A stretch of 63,694 nucleotides of DNA, counting the filler, from Nemertoderma westbladi (Eukaryota; Animalia; Xenacoelomorpha): NCBI GenBank assembly GCA_032718475.1. It is 3 parts of 3 records of this genome, joined end to end, with 100 filler letters (N's around TTAATTAATTAA, not from the genome) between each part and the next. Parts side by side here need not be neighbours in the genome. Positions count along the whole stretch, not along the records: positions 31,577 to 56,723 come from JAUCBJ010004300.1; positions 56,824 to 63,694 come from JAUCBJ010001048.1; 1 more part is not named here. One strand, given 5' to 3'. Made by a program: the position numbers and the translations under genes. Positions 49,474 through 62,548 of the stretch are shown here, in pieces; within the stretch, counting starts at the first letter, position 1; every line of letters starts with the position of its first letter. The notes under the pieces are model-generated. The model was not told the origin of the DNA. It did not search any database and saw nothing but the letters and a program-made list of their open reading frames with translations.

Positions 49474-52331
49474 TGTTAAACTAGCGGGTCCCTGCCTAAC
49501 CAATAAAGACACAAAGACTGCTCTACTGTTAAACAGGGGTAATCAGGAGCGTGCTATTACTAATGTAGGGCTGCTAAATACAAAACCGCTACTTACCGTT
49601 GGATGGCGCTAACCTGCCGTCCTTTAATATATTTTACTAATTTTCTACGGCTCCTGCTAATCGCTTGTTCCTTTCTCTTAGGGCTCGATTGGAGCTCCGG
49701 CCTCTGACTCCGGCTCCGGCCATTTTGGCACCTCCGGCTCCTGCTCCGGCTCTGGTAAAAATATTGCCGGAGTTAATTTTTTAATAAAGTATTATATTTC
49801 GTGCATATTCTACAGTTCTAATCTGAACAATTATTTACACAAGTACTGTACTGTAGTACAGCTTCAATATCAAGCATAATACTGCAGTATTTACTTAAAG
49901 TCAATGACTGACTGACTGTACTGCAGTACCGGTACTGGCTGACTGGTACTGGCCAGCTGGCTGACTAGCAGACTATTACAGGATAGGCCCTACTGTAAAA
50001 AATTGTAAATGCTATGATTGTACACTGTACCACTGCAGCCATTTACTGCTGTCATGCCAGCATACTGTACTGCAGTACTGGTACATGTACGGTACCGGTA
50101 GGCTACCTACAGTAAACAGTACACACCTCTACCACTCTACCACAGTTAATGAGTTAGGCTGTTAGGTACTGTAGGTAATTTTTAGCCGTCAGCGTCAGGC
50201 CGTCTGTCCGTGATAAATTAATTACATAAATTTTAAATTGAAAATTCGTAAATCTATAAATTATGAAATTAATTAGACCTACAGTATGATTGATTATGAG
50301 CGATTGGCGAACGATAACCCTACTTTATTTTTTTTAAATAAATAATTAAATTTTTAAAATTTTTGAAAAACTCCGGCTCCTGCTCCGGCTCCAGCCAAAT
50401 TGTCCAACTCCGGCTCCTGCTCCGGCTCCGGCTCCGGCTCCGGCCAAATCCCAACTCCGATCAAGTCCTACTTTCTCTACCAATCGCTCAATAGAGAGCT
50501 AACTGTTCGAACATATGAGCCACGCGGGAATAACCAAAACAATAAACCCGAATCGGCTCCCTAAGCTTACTTAAGACGAGTGTGAGAGGCTTTACACTCC
50601 AGAGTATATTCTTATGGTCTAATCTTACTGTTAAAACGCGCTAATAACTGCGTCCTTTCTAATCGCAAATACTGGGGTTCCCTAATGGAATGTGTGAATG
50701 TGAGAATATTTAAATAATCAAAAAGGGTACAGTGTCTTATTAGGGCTAATACCTACTATGGGACTAAACTTGCCTTCGGCTGGCTTTAGGCCAGCAATTT
50801 ACTAATGCGTTTGCACACTGAATACTGCGATCTAACTTATTGACCGCTAATTTCAAATAACCGCCCAGCGTGAATAGCTTACGGTACTCTAAATTATTAC
50901 CTTAACTATTCTCCGCTATGCTGCGTACAAATTCTTAATTTTACTAATTAATTACAGTCACAAATATGCAACAGCGTACTAATTACTAAGTGTTCCAGAA
51001 TGCGTAATTCTAATTTATTACACAACGGGTTGCACTAGTAACACCCTAAATACTGTATTATTTTCGACCTAATCAGTAATTATTTTTCGTAAACTAAGAA
51101 ATAGAATTCAATCAGAGGAAAAGAGCGCCTATCTAAGCATTCGTGATTTATTAGGCACACTTTAGTAACACAACAATCAATGTAACAATCAATAGTTTAT
51201 ACTTACCAATTATAGTTCCTAATGTACAATTCACAATCAGCAGAGCAATTCACAGTTCGCAATACAGTGCAGTTTGTCATTCGCAATGTTCGCAACTCGC
51301 AATGTGAAGTACGAAGGCCTCACCCGGGTACATCTAAGGCTTCCTAACTAACCCGATTCCTGCCCCCCTAATACTATAAAATAGAGACAAAATCTGGATT
51401 ATCAGCCCCCTAATTACTGTACCAGCGAGCTGTCTCCACTTCACACCGCTAACTTTCCGACCGCAACGGTGACCCCCCACCAGCGTTGCTTGCCTTTGAA
51501 TCCTCCACACTCCCTTCGTAGCTAACCCCCCGATGCGCCCGCCGCGCCTACCGGTACCTCTGCCCTCCATCTAATGAGTAGCTACCGTAACGGCGCATGC
51601 AATCACAAAGTCTGACAGTCTAAGAAAATCCCGTAGGATTATTGCATCGAAAGGAATTACATAGAACCATTTACTAAAGGGTAGAAATCATAGTTCCAAT
51701 TGTAATTGACAGTAATCATTGGGATTGATTGAGAAACACACCAAGAAATTAGTAGAGATTACAAATTAGCGAATTATTACAAGAAAAAATTGCAAAAGGC
51801 AGAAATACTCAAAATACAGAATAATTAGTCGATGAATTAACTGGATTACAAGCAAAATTACACAGCACATACCGGAAACACCGCCAATTTATAGGTGATT
51901 CATGGAGGATGATGCAATCGTTCTCTCATTGGCTCCCCAATCCGCGCTACCATTAGACCAACCTGGAAGCAGTTAGGCCAATAAGGAAGCCGGATTGTGA
52001 ACCTATCGCTCCCCGAAATCACAAGTTATCACCATATATGGTAATTTTGGCGATGCTTAATTTAGCGGTACTAATAATATGATACATAGAAATTAATTTA
52101 GCGCAATTATAAAGAAAATTAAGACCAATACATAGCTAGCCCTATTGAGGCTAATAACAGCAAGCTTATATCCAGGGTCCAACAGGAAACTTGCTACCCT
52201 GGAACTATTTACTTTTATCCTATTACAAAATTCCTGAGGTAGGACTACATACTATACAAAATGGGTAAAGTCAAATATATGGGCGTTTTATTTTCCTTAT
52301 CTAAATATCGTTGCGCGTTATTATGGCTTAT
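49474..52331 (-). repeat. 5' LTR of BEL element 2 (outer end truncated, hAT MITE inserted)
   Basis: High-identity direct repeat of 32362-34162. Confidence 0.9.
49679..50470. mobile_element. hAT-type MITE inserted in the LTR
   Basis: TIRs TAGGGCTCGATTGGAG / CTCCGATCAAGTCCTA, exact 8-bp TSD CTTTCTCT, CTCCGG subterminal repeats; absent from the other LTR. Confidence 0.9.
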
Positions 52332-53724
52332 TGTGTTGAAGACTTTTGACTAACAGCAGACAAATCGTTAATGGTTCCCACATGCTAAAGGCTTTGCTCA
52401 CTTCGTGCTGCGCAAAGGCCCCATGAACGTCATGATCATGTCATTGTTGATAATTTAGAATATTATAGCGTTTCGGCGCGAATAATAGAAAGAGGGAAAT
52501 TAAAGCTTTAATGTGCTAATTATGAACAATATCGAATCTCATTTTATTTATTTCTTGGGTATTATTTGTAGTTATACACTTAACCTTTCTAGAACAACCT
52601 AAAAATGACGCGATGACATACTGCATATACTGCGAATGCATTTTTTAATTCAACACAAAATTTATTTTATACAAATAAATAAAACATTTATATGATGTAG
52701 AGTACTAAGTGTTAAAAATAATGTAGAATTGTTGTGGCACAGACACGAAATATGCCGTAACTTTTGACTGCATGCATGGATTTTGCTAGAATTACGTGCA
52801 AAACTTTTATACGTCAATGCTTTTTCAACGTATTTAATAAAGTTTAAATAATTTCACCAAAAATATTTTGTTTACTTTTTTCGCCGGTAAAAAAGTAAAA
52901 TGAATTGATTCCCATGGATTACAATTTTTCCCTAAGGAACAAAACTGGAACTTTTTCTCCCGATTTTGCTATAAATTCGAGTGAAAAAGTAACAATTTAA
53001 GAATAAAGCTTTACTTAACTTATGTTAACTATGTAGTACAGTTCTACTATACATAAGTAATTTATAGCTATGAAAACCATTATTTATTGAAAAATAAGCA
53101 TTTTTAAATTTTTAACTGCCTTTTATAGAAAACGGAACCCTATTTTTGTAATTTTATTGAATTTTTTGATGAAAGAAAGAGCTTCTCATTGGCTATTAAT
53201 CTTGTTATCACTTCATCAATAATGTAGTCATTCTTTGACCTAATATCAATGGCATTTCACCTTTGTGGTTTCCTTCTATAAGACGGTTGATATAATGCAA
53301 TACGCATCAATAAAGTGACTCATATTCGCTTCTCGACACAAATTTCCACAACCTATTACAGTTGGAAATGAGCCACTAAGCAGAACACGAGCATCCAATA
53401 ACCATGACTCACACACATATTAAGCCGTACCATAAATGTACATGAGGGCAGTGACACAACCCTGTAAAGGAAACAACATGACACATATCCTCCATTCCTT
53501 AAAGGCAGTAGCCAGTTACAGTTTAATCACCAATAGATTGCTCTACACCAGTATCCAATCCAACTACAAGAAAGCCTTATACGACAATTAATGATTGACA
53601 TCCAGGATACAGTTTAACACTTAAAGATTGCACGAATATTTAATATTCTCTAACTATACCATATGTTTGTCAAAATTAGAAAATTTCTGAAGAACATGCT
53701 TATATTCATACTACTGTACTACTA

Positions 53725-54590
53725 ATATAAGGATCAGCATGCTGCATTGCAGCTGCATTTGTAAGAATGCTCTGCCGGTTTGTTTACAAAATTGCGCCGC
53801 CACAACTCCGTATCACCCATGACATTTACTAGATCATCCACATCTTCAAGGCCAGTGTCCTTTAAGATGCGTCTCAAGAAAGTCATGAGCTGTCCACCAT
53901 GCTTATTCACAATATGAGGCTGCCAAAGCACAAAATTATGCACTGGCTGGTCCTCACGGCGAAAGCAATGTCCTGCAAAGCGGAGGCGATTTTATTCTAC
54001 GTGTATTCTATACATGTTACATAGTGTCTGATTGAAAATGTAAACATTGTTCTTGACACAATGAACCCGGCGTAGCATTCTTGTGAATGTGCCATCAAGA
54101 GATTTGGTGTCCTCACCAGTTAGATCCTGGCATGGAATCCCATAGAGGAATACTGGAACTTGTGCTGCTCTAAATAATCTGACGTTAATTTTCAAATTAT
54201 TGCTATGACATTTAGAAATCCTGGAAAGCCTATTCAAGGGTGGCCGGGTCTTTCCCTTACGTATTCGAAGGTCCTCACCTGACTTCCGGATCCATGATCC
54301 CAGGTAACATAAGTTATCAACATGCTCTAGCATACCATCCTTTGAGCTTAAGCTGATCTGATCAGAGACTTTGTGGGCACTTTCAAAGTTTACTGTCAAA
54401 TTTTTGGTCTTTTTTTTTTATGCGGTTTAATATAATTCTATTCCATAGCTTTGCAGCAATGGATATCAATGAGATTTCCCGAAAAGAACCATACAGTGTG
54501 TTAAGTTGCCCTTCTTAAGAACTGCCAGTAACTTATTTGTTTTAATTTCTTGTGAAACTCTTGTTTTTCTGTACATGTCTACTAGGATGG
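53725..54590 (-). mobile_element. Diverged, internally deleted RTE-like family A copy
   Basis: ORFs 53734-53943 and 53992-54399 align with 22586-23281; 54440-54590 matches about 21820-21960. Confidence 0.9.
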
Positions 54591-56723
54591 GATGTATTGA
54601 TAACATTACATTATTACATTACACTATCTCCTTTACAACAACAATTGCTGTTAACATTTACTATTAGGGGGAGGGGGGGTTAATTCGCTTTATTGTATAC
54701 ATTTACTCTTCGGGGGGGGGGGGGGGGGGGGGGGGAGGCAGGGGAGGTTGTTAAGTCGCTTCAAAACATTATGTCATTTATGAAGATACCCCAACACTTA
54801 GCCTGCAATTGCATTAAACAAATAGCATTACGATAAACAACCATATTCTATGTATATTTGAAAAATTTTAATAACCCTATGACCCTAATTCACAACGAAA
54901 TCAGTAATACATATTAAATAAACAATATAAATTCCTTGTCCTGATCCATATAGATAAAGAAATCTTTGAAATCTTAGTCATTTCAATCCTCATCCACATA
55001 ATTTGTCTGTCCTGCGGAATAAATAATTAATATAATTAATTGTATTGTCAAAATAGGCGAAAGTTTCTCCGTTTTAAATTCACATAGCCACTTGTGGAAT
55101 GATTGAGATTAAATGTGTATTTGAATGGATCTAAAATCACCCTCCATATGGTGCGCCGTATTAAAAAAAACCCCAATGCGATCCCAAGATATTTATTTAC
55201 AATATGAAATTCATTCATCACCAGGTATATGAATAGAGGAAATAAATGGGTGAAAATAAATGGGGGAAGTGTTGATTAAATATGACACAGCGTTCCGGTG
55301 TTTCAATTTCTTTGTATCTACATATTGAATTTCGTCTCAGCAACTGTAGGTAGCAATCTACATTGTACACTGAAACACTTTATTGCTGTAATATTACCTT
55401 AACAGTTCTTCTGGTAGCCTCGTGATAGATGCGGTTATTGCTTGAAGGCTGTCAGTAGGATTACCTCCCTATCTAATAATACCATATATGGTAATTCACT
55501 TGGAGCTTCCCTAAGCCTTACCATTGGTCGTTACATTGAGTTATTCGAACTGTAGGGTACACTGATATTCCCCTGGCAGTTCTATTGGCGGGTTGTGATT
55601 GGCTTGCTGACTGTAATTGGATCTAGCTTCATTCAGTTCATGAGCTATATAATTAAATAATCAGTTGCTATATTTTATTCGTTATTGAATTTTGTTATCT
55701 CGCAAATATTTGGAAAATTATAGATAATTATTATTTGCGTATTTTTTCTCCGTGTTTTTTTCCGTATTAACAACAAAACTTCAAAGGTAAGTTTAATGTT
55801 ACCCAAGGTGGTTTGCACTTGCAGATTCAGATAAACCTGCTTGCCTGTTGGACTGTTCTGATACTGCAGTACTTGGTACATTACTGCATTACAGCCTTAT
55901 GTTTTTGAATGTGTAGAAGTAGAACTGTTAGACTACTACAGTAGCAAGTACCGATGTACATTGTACATACATACTGATGTAGGCCATACTTACTATACTA
56001 GTTTTCCCCTGTTGAAAAGTTTTATTTTCTCCGCCAAACGCTGTGTTATTTTAAGTGCATAAAATCGTGGAGCGCTAGATGCAAACCTTGTGCTGAGCAG
56101 ACCTTTTGGCACCGTGTCCGGCGTAGCAAATTTCTGCACCAGCTCCTGGGATCCCGGCGCATTATACAGTTATAGGCTTATTTCTATCTATTTTATGTTA
56201 GGCTGTTAGGCGTATTTCTATCTATTTTATGTTAGGCCTACTATTTTGTTGTGTTAGAACTGCTATCATCAGATCATAGGCCTACCTCTGTACCTACCTG
56301 CCGGTCCTACGACCTAGCACCTTCGCAAGCAGTCTAGAGGCTGAAAGGCGAAAGTTGTTTTTTTTTTTTTTATTACCGGTAGTGATCTGCCGATAGTCCT
56401 ACAGGTAGGCCTACGTAACGGTCATTTTTTTTTTATAAGCGGCGTAGCATATTTCAACACCAGCTACCGGAAGCCCGACACAAATTTAAATGCTGCGCCA
56501 AACGTAATGCGTCAGTCTGTCAGTGAGCCAGACCAAAGTTTAAATGCTCAGCAGCAGAACGTGTACAACGTAGGCCTACTGACGAACACACTACACACTG
56601 ACACAGGTCAGGCCGCAAACGACCACTGAATTGCGCACAACGCCTGCGCACAATTTTTCAGCCGCGCAATATCGGACAGCTGATATAACGCGCATGCACC
56701 GAAAAAAACGCACACACCACATT

Positions 56724-56823
56724 NNNNNNNNNNNNNNNNNNNNNNNNNNNNNNNNNNNNNNNNNNNNTTAATTAATTAANNNNNNNNNNNNNNNNNNNNN
56801 NNNNNNNNNNNNNNNNNNNNNNN
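56724..56823. other. Assembly gap with artificial spacer
   Basis: N44-TTAATTAATTAA-N44. Confidence 0.98.
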
Positions 56824-56924
56824 CTTACTACAGCATGTATAATTAATATATTATTATATATATTTATAATATTATTTATTTTAATATTCTTTCTGGAGAT
56901 ATATTAACCTGCCATTTCAGATCC

Positions 56925-58335
56925 TGCACTCGGACTGTGGAAAAGAGATCCTTCCAGGCTTCCCGATTCTCCATAGTTGTCGTAATTTCGTTTCTCTCAA
57001 GTCCAGTACCCTTTTCAAGTTGGTCTATATATGTTATAGCTGGTCGTCCATTGCTACGCTTTCCTTGTGTTGGTTGCCAGAAAATAGATCTGTAATGACC
57101 TCATGTTTACTTCTCCAGCAGTGCCCACTGAATCTTAATCTGCATTCACGGGGGGGGGGGGGGGGGGGGGGGGGTGGTTCATACAGGTGCATTGTACCAT
57201 CATGATGTTTAGGGCTGCCCTTAGTAGTTTTGTGTTTTGTGTAGTAACCACGAATTCATTGTTCATGTGATTTTGTCAGTGTCCAGGTCTCACCTCCGCA
57301 TAAAAGTACACATTCCAATGTGGCTCGAAAGAACTGTCATCCGCAAAGTCGGTGTCTATGACTGTAGTTTCTGGATATATGATACTTATGCATTCTTGTA
57401 GTGTGAATCCCAGATCTTCACTCTTTGTAGCCATCCTGATTTTATAATCCAGTACAATTACGAATAGTAATGGTGCCAATGTGTCACTTTGCAGTATGCC
57501 AGCCAGGATTGAGAAGAACTCAGTTTCACCATCTGGTGAGAGTACCTGAGCTTCTGTGTCGCAAAATAACAATCCAATGCCAGTGACAATTACTTCGGTC
57601 TAATTCTACATAGAATCATTTTGTTGTATATTTTGGCAGCTTCCACAATCAGACAGATCCCATGATAGTTTGTTGGTATACAGATGTCTCCTTTCTTAGG
57701 GAGAGGCTCTAGTTGACCTTTAGTACATATTGGTGGTGGCTTATCTGCTTTCAGCATCAGGTTGTATTGTATATTTTGGCAGCTACCACAATCAGACAGA
57801 TCCCATGATAGTTTGTTGGTATACAGATGTCTCCTTTCTTAGGGAGAGGCTCTAGTTGACTTTTAGTACAAATTGGTGATGGCTTTTCTGCTTTCAGCAT
57901 CAGGTTGTAAACATCCAATAATGGTCTTTTTCATTCCTCTGTTTTCCATACCTCTGCAGGGATTTATCTAATCACTAATCTACCTAATCTACTCACTTTA
58001 TGTTTGGTCATGCTTTTAATGCTTCTTTGGAGTTCGACATGTGTGAAGTCCCTGTTTTTATAGGTAGCATCTTGTCTTATATTTTTCTTGTATGACTGAC
58101 CTCAATATTTGGTGGCTGCCTATGTAAATTGCTGAAGTGATCTTTCCATTTTCCGAACCATCATTCTTCAAGACTATCAGTTTGGAGGGGTCCCATAGTA
58201 CAACTTGTCCGAGTAGATACCTCATTTACAGTTTGCCAGGTAAGTCTTGATTATTTATGTTTGTGAGTAGTTGTAATTTCTTCGATTTTGTTCTGTATGT
58301 ACTTCTCCTGGCTGATGTAGTCCAATTTAAAGAAA
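56925..58335 (-). mobile_element. Older, rearranged RTE-like family B copy
   Basis: LQSDTLAPLLF, DTDFADD and 3' end similar to 26820-26890; internal deletions and a local duplication near 57620-57910. Confidence 0.85.
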
Positions 58336-59199
58336 CTTGTGAGCACCGCATAATATGGGATGATGATAATACTGTAGGTATAATTTTTGGAAGACCAACT
58401 GCTGTTACAATCTCCAAAGAGGCCTCAGCTGGGTGGTGCTCCATGTGGGTGTTTGAACCAGAGTGGTTCAAAGACTGTTGTGACCCCTTATGTTGACCTC
58501 CACATCAGGCTGCTCTAAAGTCCCCCCCCCCCCCTTCATATTGTTACCTACCTTACAGCTACATGGACCTGACCCTCCAACATGAGTTTACTAAAAATAC
58601 GTGGTGTATGATCTTTATCCTTAGATCGTAGAGATGTTCCATGGCTGAGCAGATGAACAAACTGAGCATCTGCCTCTACTAGTATCAACCTTCCCTGAAG
58701 CCAACAGCTTAAGGCAAAGCTACAGATGATGCCAGATTTCTTGTCCTCGTCGAATGTATGTGTCTATTTGTAGCATCATGCAGGGCAATATATAAAATCA
58801 TTCTTTCAGAGTGGTTGTGGCCCTCAGCTATGAACATTATTATTATTATTAAAAGTATTTTTATAGCGCCAATACGCATTGTTCTTGGCGCTACTCCTTA
58901 CAGTAACACATGATAACGGTAACAAAGAAATAAAATTAAAGTTATACATATACGGTAAAAATATATAAAATTGACACACTGATATATAAAATGGATATAC
59001 TGTAGAGTTATTATCACCGTGAACTGAACATGAGTGCTGTTCTAAAATAAAATAAGTAAAATTCAAGTTAAACATAGCATGTTTGTGGTGATTCCTTGGC
59101 ATGAGTTAAAAAGGAGCATCATGGTACTAGCTTTAAATCAGTTTTTTATTTAATTTATTAAAAAAATTTCAATAGTGGCTGATTAGCAAAGCTTGAACA

Positions 59200-59710
59200 G
59201 TATGTAAGGTGTCAATAAATTGCGGAGATAGTGCCAAGCCAAACTTTTATAACACAACTTGCCAGTTTAAACTTTACCTGTATAGTAATAGGGATAGTAA
59301 TAGGGAGCAAATGAGGTCGTTTTAGAATGAGAGTTATATTTGACACTTTCTAAGAGTCATGCAGCAGAGTTTTGTACATATTGTAACTTCATATATTTGG
59401 CAGGTAATCCATAATAAAGATAATTTTTATTAACCAATTTACTTGTAATACGAGCATGTATTAATTTTCCAAGTCAGGTTTGTAAAGATGCCGTTTGATT
59501 TATTCAAAGATGATTTAAGTTCAAAAGATGGTAGAACGACTCTTGTGCAACATTGGAAATTTGTTTTTTTAAAGGTAAGGTGCTTGAGTCCATGATGAAA
59601 CCTATATTGCATGCATGGTCACTGTAAGATATAAAATCATTATCAATATTAACTTTGAGGGGGGGCATCTTGGTCATCAAATCGAGACTGCAGAAGAAGT
59701 AGTTCGGGTT
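59200..59710 (-). mobile_element. Highly degenerate CR1/L2-like LINE 3' fragment
   Basis: SDHACNIGFIMDS...KKQISNVAQESFYHLLNL resembles the post-RT region of L2/CR1 ORF2. Confidence 0.55.
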
Positions 59711-60119
59711 TATCTGTAACAGGGATACATAACTATCCCCACCTAATATATAGAATATGTCATTGATAATTTGATAATTGCTATAAACTTGATCATGGAG
59801 ATGGTGTATATTATTAGTCTTCATTAATTCGAGTAATTTAATATCCCTATATATTTTTTTCTCAACTAGCACAAAATAATATAATGTTAATATTTTATAT
59901 TCTGTAGCTAGAGCTAAATAATTTACACAATACTGAGGACTTCTAGAGCATAGTATTCATTCAAAAAGAATATTATGTACTACTACACTAGAATAATTAC
60001 TATATTCTAGAAGTCCTTCATTATACAGCCCGTTTCTTCATATTATTATTTATATCATTACATTGGATATTGATTCTATCAATTTGAATTAGTAGCTAAG
60101 CACGAGTTCTCAAACAATA

Positions 60120-61865
60120 ATGTCAAATTCCAAACAGCAGCAGCCCCTGTATCACAGGGAAGAACCTCTAGTAAAGAGCACAATCAGCCGTCCGATGAGT
60201 GGACCCTACCAAGAGGGACCAATTGGAGAGTTGATTAAACATGCTTATGAGAAATACAAAGATAATATTGCCTACATATTCCATTCGTCAAATAAAGAAG
60301 TAACATTTGGTGAAATATACAATAAAGCAATTAAATTCGCTGCTGGTTTAATAGGGTTGGGTTTGAAACAAGGTGACCTCTGCGCAATATTAGCTGGTAA
60401 CGATCTGCCGTGGGTGATAGTGTTTTGGGGAGCAATTCTTGCAGGTCTCATTGTGGTGCCCATTAATGTCATGTCGACCTCAAATGAATTATTCAAATCC
60501 TTAGCAAAAACAGGTGCCAAGGCCTTGGTTTGTGATTCTGGATTCCGCAACCATGATTATTACCCAAGTATTTTAAGCTTTTGTCCAGAAATCGCGCTTA
60601 CTGAAGGAGGAAATTTAGAATGTGAAAATTTGCCAAATTTTAAACATGTTATTTTTACAGATAACATTAATCGTAAAGGAACACTAACATGGAATGATCT
60701 TCACAGCATTGGTGAAGGTCTAAAGGTACCAGATATTGAAATAAATCTGGAATCTCCAGCAGTGTTGATATCTACAAGTGGAACTACTGGATTTGCCAAA
60801 TTCGTCGAAATATCTCATTTCAGTTTAAACAATGCGATTATAAGAACAAACACTCCACCTTCAAAACAAAGATCTGTTCGACTTATTGAACCCCCATTCT
60901 TTGGTGTAATGTGTTGCAGCTCAGGACTTATACGTCCTGTAATAACAGGTGAAACCATCTGTATCGCTGCCCCATTCCCGGAAGCAAAAATCATCATGGA
61001 GGCCATTGAGAAGTACAAAGTTACTCACATGTATTGTGGAACATTGTCACTAATGGCACTTCTTGATTATAAGGATACATATGATTTGTCATCTTTGATA
61101 GATATAGTGGCTGGAGGGATGCCAATACCATATGATCTTTGCGAGGAATTAGAATCTGTGTACAAGAATTTAAAAATACGACATTTCTATGGTATGACTG
61201 AAGCATTCACTATAAATGTTGGGATCAGTGCTGACACTCAAGAAATGCGACTTTCAAATGAGGGTCTCCCAAATGTAGGAGTAGAAGTTAAGCTTACTAA
61301 TCAAAATGATGAAATAGTTGACATAGGTGAGACAGGAGAGGTGCTGGTCTACAGTAAAATTCTATCTAAAGGCTATTGGAATGATATTCAAGCTACCAAC
61401 ATGGCTTTCACAGAAGATGGATGGTACCGCACAGGCGATTTGGGTCTTATGGATGGTAATGGTTATCTCAAAGTTGTTGGACGGATCAAAAATATTATCA
61501 TAAGATCAGGATTTATGGGAAACATTGTTCCCAGTGAAGTAGAGGCTGCTATCGCAACCCATCCAAAGGTTTATGATAACTGTGTATTCGAGATGTGGGA
61601 TGAAAATGGTAAAGTCCTGTTGGCGGCAGCCATCATATTAAATCCAGGAGAGCACAGTTGTCAAAAAGAGATCCTTTCTTTCCTCTCCGAAATTCTATCG
61701 GAATTTAAAATTCCAGATGACATATACTTTGTGGCGGAATTTCCTAAAACAGCCACAGGTAAAGTAAAGCTGAATGTTTTACGTGAAATTTTGGATGAAG
61801 CCTCAAAGCATGACCTGCAACCGTCAGATTTAAGTTGGAATAACATTTCATGTATCATGACTTAA
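60120..61865 (+). CDS. ANL-superfamily acyl-CoA synthetase, ACSF2-like (581 aa, single coding exon)
   Basis: STSGTTGFAK (P-loop), FYGMTE, YRTGDLG, VGRIKNIIIRSG, PSEVE, FPKTATGKV; DYYPSILSFCPE...LPNFKHVI segment resembles ACSF2. Confidence 0.92.
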   Translation: MSNSKQQQPLYHREEPLVKSTISRPMSGPYQEGPIGELIKHAYEKYKDNIAYIFHSSNKEVTFGEIYNKAIKFAAGLIGLGLKQGDLCAILAGNDLPWVIVFWGAILAGLIVVPINVMSTSNELFKSLAKTGAKALVCDSGFRNHDYYPSILSFCPEIALTEGGNLECENLPNFKHVIFTDNINRKGTLTWNDLHSIGEGLKVPDIEINLESPAVLISTSGTTGFAKFVEISHFSLNNAIIRTNTPPSKQRSVRLIEPPFFGVMCCSSGLIRPVITGETICIAAPFPEAKIIMEAIEKYKVTHMYCGTLSLMALLDYKDTYDLSSLIDIVAGGMPIPYDLCEELESVYKNLKIRHFYGMTEAFTINVGISADTQEMRLSNEGLPNVGVEVKLTNQNDEIVDIGETGEVLVYSKILSKGYWNDIQATNMAFTEDGWYRTGDLGLMDGNGYLKVVGRIKNIIIRSGFMGNIVPSEVEAAIATHPKVYDNCVFEMWDENGKVLLAAAIILNPGEHSCQKEILSFLSEILSEFKIPDDIYFVAEFPKTATGKVKLNVLREILDEASKHDLQPSDLSWNNISCIMT

Positions 61866-62419
61866 TAACTCTGAAAAAACTATATATTTGTCGAAAATAA
61901 ATAGCTCAAAACGTTTTATCACCTTTACAAAACACTACCTTTACCAAGCCGTGATTCACAGCAATTTAAATTATCGACGGACTACACAATAGTACTTAAC
62001 TCAAAACTTAATTTAAAATACTTTATATTTACATAATAATATTCTATGAAATTATAAATACAAAATAGTTATATAACATATTCTACATTAATAATATGAA
62101 CTATTGTTATTCTATATTTTAGTTAACATAAGTATATATGAGATAGATAGATACATCATCGGTTACACTTTCCTCAAAACATCCTCAAATTACACAACGA
62201 GATTCATATATGACAAGTCAGATTTTCGAACACAATGCACCCACTGTATAATTGTTATACAATGATATAATTAAAGCATTGTAAATGATAAGTTATGACA
62301 AGTGTCTTCGAATTAATTGCGTTTAAATGGTTTAGAATTGCCACCAGTTGGCTTAATGAAATTAAGAGGCAACAGTAGGGTAGGACCCAGCAGATAAATA
62401 CTTAATTAGTAGTCGTATT

Positions 62420-62548
62420 ATTTTCTACAAATCTTAATGGGATGTGAAATTATCTCTGTTTCAAATTTCATATTATCTGATTAAGGTTTCTAAATCAATT
62501 AGGTGGAAGGGGATGAATTATGACCTTATATTGCAGGACATGGTGTGA
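62420..62548. mobile_element. Short internally deleted relative of the 19742-20666 MITE
   Basis: TTTTCTACAAATCTTAATG...TGTTTCAAATTTCAT...GGACATGGTGT. Confidence 0.55.

Larger units (their letters stand above)
32362..52331 (-). mobile_element. Large BEL/Pao LTR retrotransposon with an extra ORF after integrase
   Basis: Long direct repeats starting TGTTAAACTAGCGGG at 32362 and 49474; gag-pro-RT-RNaseH-IN on the minus strand; PPT-like GGAGCGG next to TGTTAC at 35685-35692. Outer end of the 5' LTR is lost, so the TSD cannot be verified. Confidence 0.93.
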
